Source of the DNA: an uncultured Armatimonadia bacterium
GTDB taxonomy: Bacteria > Armatimonadota > Zipacnadia > CAVVLO01
Assembly (NCBI GenBank): GCA_963749155.1
Contig: CAVVLO010000002.1
Coordinates: 1,312,001 to 1,376,000, forward strand
DNA length: 64,000 bases
Reading direction: 5' to 3'
This document shows, in pieces, positions 43,234 to 51,174 of this stretch; the first letter of the stretch is position 1; every line of letters begins with the position of its first letter. The notes beneath the pieces were generated by a model. The model searched no databases. It had not been told where the DNA came from and saw only the letters and a list, made by a program, of their open reading frames with translations. Both the position numbers and the translations under genes were made by a program.

Positions 43234-44154
43234 GTGAGTAAACAGAACGAGATCGACTTCAACAAAGTGGCCGCCGAACTGGCTGCTGCCGTATTGGCAT
43301 CTCCAGGCGCCGAGGCCGCGCGCCATTTCAGCGCTACCCGCAGGCAGGCGGTCTACAACCTGGCCGAGGGTTTTATGGCGTTGATGTTTCCGGGTTGCTT
43401 CGGCTCCGAAGCCGTTGCCATCGAAGACACCGAGGCCTATGTCGAATATCAGTTGCGCGTGCTGGCGGGAGAGCTCTTCCCCCATGTGCGGCAAGCCTTC
43501 GAGCATATGTGCTATATCGAGTGCACCGAGAACTGCGATTGCCTCGATCATAGCAGGCGCGCGGTCGCGCATTTGGCCAGGTCGCTGCCTGCCATCCGGC
43601 ACACGCTGGGCCAGGATGTGCAGGCGGCGTATGAGGGCGATCCGGCGGCGCGTTCGCAGGGAGAGGTCGTGCTGGCTTATCCTTTCCTCGAGGCGATTAC
43701 CGTCCAGCGCATCGCGCATGCGCTCTATGAGGAAGATGTGCCCGTCATCCCGCGTATGATGACCGAGTGGGCTCATTCTCGCACGGGGATAGACATCCAC
43801 CCAGGCGCCCAGCTAGGCCCGCGGTTCTTCATAGATCACGGGACGGGCGTAGTAATCGGCGAGACGACGACAATCGGCGCCAATGTGCGCGTCTACCAGG
43901 GCGTGACGCTGGGCGCTCTCTCCTTCCCGCTGGATGAACATGGCAACCCCATCAAGGGCGTTAAGCGCCATCCTGACATCGAAGAAGACGTCATCATCTA
44001 TGCGGGGGCGACCATCCTCGGCGGCGAGACAGTCGTCGGGAAGGGCTCCGTAATCGGCGGCAACGTGTGGCTTACGCACTCGGTGGCGCCCTATACGAAA
44101 GTCTACAACGCCCAGCCAGGGCCGAAGCTGGTCAATGGCGGAGGTGCAAACTGA
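43234..44154 (+). CDS. cysE: Serine O-acetyltransferase
   Basis: AYEGDPAA, TGIDIHPGA..FFIDHGTGVVIGET, YQGVTLG, KRHP. Confidence 0.95.
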   Translation: MSKQNEIDFNKVAAELAAAVLASPGAEAARHFSATRRQAVYNLAEGFMALMFPGCFGSEAVAIEDTEAYVEYQLRVLAGELFPHVRQAFEHMCYIECTENCDCLDHSRRAVAHLARSLPAIRHTLGQDVQAAYEGDPAARSQGEVVLAYPFLEAITVQRIAHALYEEDVPVIPRMMTEWAHSRTGIDIHPGAQLGPRFFIDHGTGVVIGETTTIGANVRVYQGVTLGALSFPLDEHGNPIKGVKRHPDIEEDVIIYAGATILGGETVVGKGSVIGGNVWLTHSVAPYTKVYNAQPGPKLVNGGGAN

Positions 44155-44984
44155 TGTGGAACTATTCTGAAAAAGTGATGGACCATTTCCTCAACCCGCG
44201 CAATGCCGGTGAGATGGAGAATCCCGATGGCGTCGGTCAGATAGGCAGCATCGTCTGCGGCGACGCGCTGAAATTGATGCTGAAGATAGACGCCGAGACC
44301 GAGACCATTACAGAGGCGAAGTTCCTCACTTTCGGTTGCGGCAGCGCCATCGCGTCGGCTTCGGCGTTGACCGAACTGGTGAAGGGGATGCCCCTCGATG
44401 AGGCGGTCAAGCTCACCGATGACGATATCGCGGCCTATCTCGACGGGCTGCCCGAAGAGAAGATGCACTGCTCCGTGATGGGCACCGATGCGCTCAAGGC
44501 GGCGGTTGCGAATTTTCGCGGGGAAGCGCCCACCGATACCTCCATCCTGGCCGGAGAGGTTGTCTGCAAGTGCTTCAATGTGACGCGCAAGAAACTCGAA
44601 GAGGTCATCCTCGCCCACAAATTGACCGAGGTAGAGCAGGTTACCGATTACACGAAGGCCGGCGGAGCCTGCGGCCAGTGTAAAGGGCGCATCGAAGAAC
44701 TGCTGGCTGAACTGGCGCCCAGATTTGGCGAGCAGACGGGCAGGGCACTCACCAACCTCGAACGGGTGCGCCTGGTCGAACAGGTCTTCGAGAACGAGAT
44801 CAGGCCCGCTCTGCAGTCGGACGGCGGCGATCTGGAACTGGTAGACATCGACGGCAAGCGGATCGTCGTCTCGTTGATGGGCCGCTGTGCCAGTTGTCAT
44901 GCGGCGGACGCAACCTTGCGCGATTTTGTCGAAGCGCGCCTGCGCGAACGCATCGAACCCGACCTTGAAGTCGTGGCCCAGTAG
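44154..44984 (+). CDS. nifU: Three-domain Fe-S scaffold NifU
   Basis: YSEKVMDHFLNPRN, CGD, TFGCGSAIAS, KMHCS; central CKC..CGQC [2Fe-2S] domain; C-terminal DGGD..GRCASC. Confidence 0.95.
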   Translation: MWNYSEKVMDHFLNPRNAGEMENPDGVGQIGSIVCGDALKLMLKIDAETETITEAKFLTFGCGSAIASASALTELVKGMPLDEAVKLTDDDIAAYLDGLPEEKMHCSVMGTDALKAAVANFRGEAPTDTSILAGEVVCKCFNVTRKKLEEVILAHKLTEVEQVTDYTKAGGACGQCKGRIEELLAELAPRFGEQTGRALTNLERVRLVEQVFENEIRPALQSDGGDLELVDIDGKRIVVSLMGRCASCHAADATLRDFVEARLRERIEPDLEVVAQ

Positions 44985-45003
44985 CCGGGAGGCGCAAGCC
45001 CTT

Positions 45004-46235
45004 ATGGCATCACCGGATGAGCGCCAGGTTGCGTATCTGGACAACAACGCCACGACGCCGGTCGCGCCGGAAGTCTTCGCCGCGATGGAGCCCTACCTGA
45101 CGCGCGATTACGGCAATCCCTCCAGCATCTACAAGCTGGCCTCTGTCACTCGCAAAGCTCTCGACAAGGCCAGAGAACAGGTCGCAGCGCTCATCGGGGC
45201 GGAGCCGGAAGAGATTCTCTTCACCAGTTGCGGTTCTGAATCCGACAACACGGCAATCCTGTCGGCCCTGTCGAAGGCCGAACCTCAAGCAAGTACTTGG
45301 TAACCTCGCGCGTCGAGCATGCCGCGGTGCTCAACCTGGCTGCCAGGCTGCGCGAAGAGGGCCGGGGCGTCCTTGAGGTCGCCGTAGATCCAGCGGGAAG
45401 ACTCGATATGGCGGAGTTCCGCTCCGCGCTCGAAGCTGGCACTGGCGCGGTCTCGATAATGTGGGCCAATAATGAGACGGGAGTGCTCTTCCCCGTCGCC
45501 GAACTGGCCGAACTTGCGCGCGAGCGCGACCTCCCCTTCCACACCGATGCCGTGCAGGCGGTCGGCAAGGTGCCAATCGACGTGAAAGCCCTTGGCGTGG
45601 ATTACCTGGCGATGTCAGGCCACAAGTTGCACGCGCCGAAGGGCGTCGGGGCCTTATATATAAGGAAAGGAGCGCCTTTCCGGCCCTTCCTCGTCGGTGG
45701 CCATCAGGAAGCCGGGCGGCGGGGCGGCACCGAGAACGTCGCCGGTATCGTGGCTTTTGGCGCTGCGGCCGAACTAGCCGCTGCTCATCTGGACGAGGAG
45801 AACACCCGCGTGCGCGCGCTGCGCGACAGGCTGGAGCAGGGCCTGCTGACCTCTTGCCCCAACACCCGCCTCAACGGCGATCCCTTGAATCGCCTGCCCA
45901 ACACCTCAAATATCAGCTTCGAGTATGTGGAGGGAGAAGCCATCCTGCTGCTGCTCGATCACTTCGGGATAGCCGCGAGTTCTGGCTCGGCCTGCACGAC
46001 AGGGTCGCTTGAGCCCTCTCATGTGCTGCGGGCAATGGATGTGCCTTACACGGCCGCGCACGGCTCGATACGCTTCAGTCTCAGTCGTTACAACACCGAC
46101 GCGGACGTCGATCGCGTCCTCGAAGTGATGCCAGGCCTGATAGAGCGGCTGCGTTCACTTTCACCCTTTGGACGCAGCGGGACGGATGATATGACAGGCT
46201 GGCAGGGTTTCTGCAACCACTCAGATACGACCTAG
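45004..46235 (+). CDS. nifS: Cysteine desulfurase NifS; frameshift near 45285
   Basis: YLDNNATT, FTSCGSESDN, HTDAVQ, SGHK, SSGSACT. Confidence 0.93.
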
Positions 46236-46244
46236 AGGGACGTT

Positions 46245-47201
46245 ATGGGACAGATATTTGCTGACAACTCGCTTTCTATTGGCAATACTCCGCTGGTGCG
46301 GTTGAATCGGCTGACCCTGGGCGCCAAGGCCACGGTGCTGGCAAAGGTGGAAGGCCGCAATCCAGCCTATTCCGTTAAATGCCGGGTTGGCGCGGCGATG
46401 GTCCACGATGCAGAAGAGCGCGGCTTGCTGAAGCCCGGCGTCGAACTCGTCGAGCCGACCAGCGGTAATACCGGCATCGCGCTGGCTTATGTGTGCGCGG
46501 CGCGCGGTTACAAGCTGACCCTGACGATGCCTGAGACGATGAGCAGCGAACGGCGCAAGGTGCTGGCGGCCTTTGGCGCCAACCTGGTGCTGACTCCAGG
46601 CGCGCAGGGGATGGCCGGTGCTATCGCCGAGGCGGAGCGACTCGCGGCCTCCGATACCGACCACTATTTCCTGGCCCAGCAGTTCAAGAATCCCGCCAAC
46701 CCGCGTATCCACGAGCAGACGACCGGGCCCGAGATCTGGCGCGACACCGACGGGCAGGTGGACGCGCTGGTGGCAGGGGTCGGCACGGGCGGCACCATCA
46801 CTGGCATCTCGCGCCATATCAAGCAGCAGCTTGGGCAACCGCTGGTGAGCGTCGCGGTCGAGCCGGCGGCCAGTCCCGTCATCACCCAGACGCTGGCGGG
46901 CAAGCCAATCCAGAAAAGCTCTCATGGCATCCAGGGCATCGGAGCGGGATTCATCCCCGACGTGCTGGACCTCTCCCTCATCGATCGGGTAGAGCGGATT
47001 GAGGACGAGGAAGCGCTCGAAGTGGCGCGCAGGCTCGCGCGCGAAGAGGGCCTGCTGTCTGGCATCTCCTGCGGCGCCGCGACCGCCGCCGCGCTGCGTC
47101 TGGCTTTCTCCGAGGAGTTCGAGGGCAAGACGCTCGTCGTCATCCTCCCCGACTCGGGCGAACGCTATCTCTCAACCGCGCTTTTCGCTGGGATTGGGTA
47201 A
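46245..47201 (+). CDS. cysK: Cysteine synthase A
   Basis: [49 protein letters not shown]. Confidence 0.96.
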   Translation: MGQIFADNSLSIGNTPLVRLNRLTLGAKATVLAKVEGRNPAYSVKCRVGAAMVHDAEERGLLKPGVELVEPTSGNTGIALAYVCAARGYKLTLTMPETMSSERRKVLAAFGANLVLTPGAQGMAGAIAEAERLAASDTDHYFLAQQFKNPANPRIHEQTTGPEIWRDTDGQVDALVAGVGTGGTITGISRHIKQQLGQPLVSVAVEPAASPVITQTLAGKPIQKSSHGIQGIGAGFIPDVLDLSLIDRVERIEDEEALEVARRLAREEGLLSGISCGAATAAALRLAFSEEFEGKTLVVILPDSGERYLSTALFAGIG

Positions 47202-47602
47202 CCTAAGGCTCAAGGCTTGGAACCGCTGAGGCTGCCCGCTCCCCTGTAGGGTGTTTCGGGTTCTTGACCTAGGGTCAGGCCTCTGCTCCCGAAACCATCT
47301 CCCCCTCTCGATGGTGCGGGGGTTTTACCCCTGCACCTTTTATGTCGGTTCCAGCCTTTTTGCCCCGGCTTCCTTGTAGTGTGTTTCGGGCTCCTGACCG
47401 AGGGTCAGGCCTCTGATCCCGAAACCACCTCCCCTTCTCGATGGTGCAGGGGTTCTACCCCTGCACCTTTTATGTCGGGCGTGGCCAGAAAAGTTGATGT
47501 TTCGGGTTCCTGACCGAAGGTCAGGCCTCTGCTCCCGAAACCATCTCCTATCCGTAAATCTTCTGTAAATCTTTCGCCACATCGCTCTCCAGAGGCCTGT
47601 TG

Positions 47603-47618
47603 TGGCACGGAAGTTGCA
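47603..47618 (+). promoter_or_regulatory. Consensus sigma54 (-24/-12) promoter; mirror copy at 42441-42456 (-)
   Basis: TGGCACG-GAAG-TTGCA matches TGGCACG-N4-TTGCW exactly. Confidence 0.7.
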
Positions 47619-47769
47619 GATTCCTAATCCCCGGGGTGGGTGGGGGATTGGGATGGTAAAGGATGTGTCAGAAAGGTTTCGGAGGAGCGACCAAGGCAGC
47701 AACTCCGGCCAGTAAAGCCCCTCCGCGCAATCCTGGCGCTGTTTAATACTGGAGATACAAGATCTTTGC

Positions 47770-47798
47770 TTGACAACTGTAAAGTCTCGCAATATGCT
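47770..47798 (+). promoter_or_regulatory. Sigma70 promoter of gene X'; mirror copy at 42261-42289 (-)
   Basis: TTGACA-N17-TATGCT, ~45 nt upstream of RBS AAGGGGG and ATG. Confidence 0.8.
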
Positions 47799-47844
47799 GT
47801 TTCTGTCAGTGCCCACCCCGCCAACCAATCAAGGGGGAACGCCG

Positions 47845-48893
47845 ATGCGCCGCCTCAGCCTGCTTCTGTTCCTCATCGTGCTTGCTTGCACCACGTCTTT
47901 AGCGACGGCAGAGAAGCCATACACACTTGCGGACGGCTGCCTGATCCCGGACAGCGTCACCACTGCGTCTGCGGATCACTTCGACTTCAACTATGCCGCG
48001 CACTTCGCCAAGGGCCTGGCGTTTCCACTGGTAGCACTGTCCGTCGTGACCCCACCCTACAGCTACTCTGCGCCGGCACCCAGTTCGCACCTGGCGACAT
48101 CATACGCCACGGCGGGGGTTGCGAAGGCACGGGTCCAGCTGCCAGTCTACAGCACTGGATCAGGCGATTGGCACGCCAGATTCGCGCTAGTCCCCTCACG
48201 CACAGAGCGGCGTGCCTGGGCGCTAACAGGGCTGCGGTTGAAGGTGGAGAGCCCGCGCACGATGAAGCGCCTCGTGTGCCGAGGGCGTCTGAAGGGCAAC
48301 TTGCGCACCAACGGCACCGCCCTTCCCTTCCCTGCACCCTCCTCCTGGGCGCGACCCGGCGCGCTGGTCAAGGCGCACTTCGCTATCCTGCCAAGACCAT
48401 CCTTCGACAACAGCCCACCTGCGACATCTGGAGCTGGGCAACGCTCTGGAACGGGCTACTTACGTGGGCCGATCCAGCCCACTCGCTAATGGAGGGCGGC
48501 ATCACATACGCCAGCTATGCGACGGAACTGGAACTCGATATGCCGATAGTGGGACTACCCGCCGACAGCATGCAACTAGTATTCAGGGCTCCGGCGACCG
48601 AGGCAGAACAGCGCCGCGTCGCTGCCTTGTATCCTGAAGTTTTCAGGTGGACCGGCATTGGTGGTGCCCCCAATCTCAAGGAGCGCCGGATGTCTTCTGT
48701 GCCCGAGCCAATGGTGCTCTATCCTGGATATGACGAATACTGGGTGGTACTGCTACTGGAGGTGGCATACTTCCCTCGCGCCTGGTCTGTGGTCTCCGAC
48801 ACCGACCTGGACTTCTACTCCGGCGACTACGGGGCGTATTTCGATTCGCTGGAGATCGAACTCGAGCCTGTGAAGAAGGCTGCCAAGGCTTAG
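47845..48893 (+). CDS. Secreted protein of unknown function (gene X'); frame change near 48400-48480
   Basis: Signal peptide MRRLSLLLFLIVLACTTSLA; second frame ends SDTDLDFYSGDYGAYFDSLEIELEPVKKAAKA*. Confidence 0.65.
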
Positions 48894-48999
48894 ACGCTCC
48901 CTCCCCGCCTCTGCAGGGATCCCGGGCCCTCTGGCGAAAGTCATTACCCCTCTTCCAGAGGTCACTTCCAACTGGCGTTAGCTACCGAGGAGAACCGAG

Positions 49000-50253
49000 A
49001 TGAACCACCTGTCCACAAGGCCCCTGGTGTTCGCGATTATACTGATACTGGCTGCGGCCACGCTTGCCGGCGCGGCGCCGGGCGAGCCTGCTACCCTCAG
49101 TGTGGCTCCGACTTCGCTCGTTATCTACGTGGGAGAGACCCACCAGTTCGTCGCGACTGTGTTGGATGAGGAAGGCAAGCCAACTCGACTTCAAACCCGA
49201 GCCTGGAGCCTGACCGGCGAGATCGGCGAGGTGGATCAGACTGGCCTGTTTACGGCTGGTCCCAAGCGCGCTGCCGGCGTCGTTACTGCGACACTGGGCA
49301 CCCTTGTGGCAACGGCCAGTGTCAGCGTGGTCCCTTACGGCTATTTCGCCTGCCACACCGATGGACGCATCGTCTACACCTCCGAGGACGGCGGCGATAG
49401 CGAATACGATGTCTTCCTGATGAACGGCGATGGCTCCAACCCGCGCAACCTGACGCTCGACGTGCCCGACGCGCCCGAGGACTACGACACCAATCTCGAC
49501 CAGGGCGGCTTGCCTTGCTGGAGCCCCGATGGGAATTCTCTAGCCTATGAGTTGTGGGTCGGCCCCGGTTACGGCCTGGGCCTGATGAACCCGGACGGCT
49601 CCGGCAAGCGCCTCCTGCCGCGCCCAGAGGGGCTCTCCTGCTACCGGCCGAGTTTCTCCACCGACGGCAAGCAGCTTCTCTTTGATGCGCGCCCCTTACT
49701 CGATGAATACACCTTTGGACCTGGTGATATCTACCTGATGGACCTCGAGAGCGGCAAGGTCACGAAGCTGACGACCGACCCGGCGGCCGAGCAAGATGCC
49801 TGTTTCTCGCCCGATGGGAAGCAGATCGCCTTCGTGCGGCAGCGCGAGCTGCCCGATGGCGACAGGGGCGAGTTGTGGCTGATGGATTCCGATGGCAAAA
49901 ACGCGCGCCGGCTGACCCCCGAGAGCGAGGATGACTTCCACCATCCCGCCTGGTCGCCCGATGGCGCGTGGCTTGCCTGCACCCTCTGCAAGGGCGGAGG
50001 GCAGGTGGGCGACATCGGACTGGTTGGCGTGAGCGATGGCCAGGTGACCAATCTGACCGAGAATCTCGACGGAGATGAATATGGGCCTTTCTGGACCTGG
50101 GATGGCTCCCATATCCTTTACGCGACCACCGACGCGCCGGGGCTTGAGTTGGAGCTCTGGTCCATCGAGCCGAAAGCCGGTGTAACCCCGGCAAATCTCA
50201 CCAGCCGTCCCGAGGCTGGCAATCTGCTGCGCTCCTACGGATACGAGTACTGA
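49000..50253 (+). CDS. Secreted Ig-like domain plus TolB/PD40 beta-propeller protein
   Basis: LSVAP..VGETHQFVATV..VDQTGLFTA; repeats PCWSPDG, PSFSTDG, CFSPDG, PAWSPDG. Confidence 0.88.
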   Translation: MNHLSTRPLVFAIILILAAATLAGAAPGEPATLSVAPTSLVIYVGETHQFVATVLDEEGKPTRLQTRAWSLTGEIGEVDQTGLFTAGPKRAAGVVTATLGTLVATASVSVVPYGYFACHTDGRIVYTSEDGGDSEYDVFLMNGDGSNPRNLTLDVPDAPEDYDTNLDQGGLPCWSPDGNSLAYELWVGPGYGLGLMNPDGSGKRLLPRPEGLSCYRPSFSTDGKQLLFDARPLLDEYTFGPGDIYLMDLESGKVTKLTTDPAAEQDACFSPDGKQIAFVRQRELPDGDRGELWLMDSDGKNARRLTPESEDDFHHPAWSPDGAWLACTLCKGGGQVGDIGLVGVSDGQVTNLTENLDGDEYGPFWTWDGSHILYATTDAPGLELELWSIEPKAGVTPANLTSRPEAGNLLRSYGYEY

Positions 50254-50520
50254 GTGACGGACGGGGAGAGGCTCGCTCCTGTTGTTTCGGGACATTCCTG
50301 TCTCGAAACCAGCAGGCTTGGAGTCGGCACTTCGAGAGCCTCAGGGCCTTCGGCTGAGCGAGAGTAACCTGCCGCAGGTCTACGCCTCGCTATTTAACAT
50401 GGGGGGGGGAGGATCGTTACTTGACATATACAGATTACCGCGCTATGTTGGTTATGATCCTAATCGCTCCTTGCCATGCAAACTAGCAAGCCAGCCCTCC
50501 CAGGCTGCGAGGAGGTCCCA

Positions 50521-50964
50521 ATGACCACCGAAGCTGTTGAAGCAAGGTCGGAGCGCAAGCTGGAGCAAGAGTCTCATATAGACCAGCCGGCTGAGCTTGC
50601 CTTCTTCAGTGTCATCGTAACCCTCTGTGGCCCGGGGCTAGTACTCGCCTGGTTCCACCTCCAGATCTACTTCGAGCGCTTCTGCAACAGGCATTCGACG
50701 GCTGGTTATGATGTCGGTCCGCTACGCGAGGCTTACCTCAAGTTGATCTTCTTCTTCACTACAGTTGGCTGGCCATTGCTTGCCCTTGGTGGAATTCTGC
50801 TTGGGCTGATCGCCGCACGACGTGGACTGGCTGATAGGCGTCGTGGCTTGGTCGTGGTAGCAACCGCGGCTTGCTGCTTAGGCTTGCTGAGCTTATTATG
50901 GTGGGGGTTTGGCACGAGTTGGCTCCAATACTGGCTATACAACCCCCTATCGGCTCAACTCTGA
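50521..50964 (+). CDS. Hypothetical membrane protein
   Basis: RBS GAGGAGG, three hydrophobic segments, upstream TTGACA-N17-TATGTT (50421-50449). Confidence 0.6.
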   Translation: MTTEAVEARSERKLEQESHIDQPAELAFFSVIVTLCGPGLVLAWFHLQIYFERFCNRHSTAGYDVGPLREAYLKLIFFFTTVGWPLLALGGILLGLIAARRGLADRRRGLVVVATAACCLGLLSLLWWGFGTSWLQYWLYNPLSAQL

Positions 50965-50986
50965 AGTGATTTCTGATATCTGTGAA

Positions 50987-51020
50987 AAGAGGTCCGGCAT
51001 CGAGCCGGGCCTCTTGCTTT
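50987..51020 (+). terminator. Probable intrinsic terminator
   Basis: AAGAGGTCCGGC-ATCGA-GCCGGGCCTCTT-GCTTT. Confidence 0.6.
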
Positions 51021-51028
51021 CTGAAAGA

Positions 51029-51174
51029 CTAAAAACGCAGGGGCGGCGTGAGCAAAGCTCACGAGTTGCCCCTGCACCCCCTCACTGGGTAGTGCCCTTT
51101 CACTCGCAGGGAGTTCCCTCTTGCTGGCGAAAGTCGAGTCACCAATTCCTCAAGCCACGAGGGAGGCCCTGATG
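51029..51174 (+). repeat. 146-bp leader/promoter module, inverted copy of 41109-41254
   Basis: 6 mismatches in 146 nt; ends at the ATG of the downstream gene. Confidence 0.95.

Larger units (their letters stand above)
47246..47935 (+). repeat. Right arm of the inverted repeat, including ~2.3 units of the ~130-bp REP-like array (47246-47542)
   Basis: Reverse complement of ~42124-42810; units begin GTAG at 47246 and 47376. Confidence 0.97.

Noticed and set aside
44154..46235. Nitrogen fixation cluster
   Set aside because: Only nifU/nifS are present; no nifHDKENB in the window.
42124..47935. Composite transposon carrying cysE-nifUS-cysK
   Set aside because: The arms encode no transposase and I see no target-site duplication.
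41268..48893. Diversity-generating retroelement (TR/VR pair)
   Set aside because: No reverse transcriptase in the window; the 86-nt shared 3' block has only two differences (C/G, C/A), not an adenine-specific pattern.
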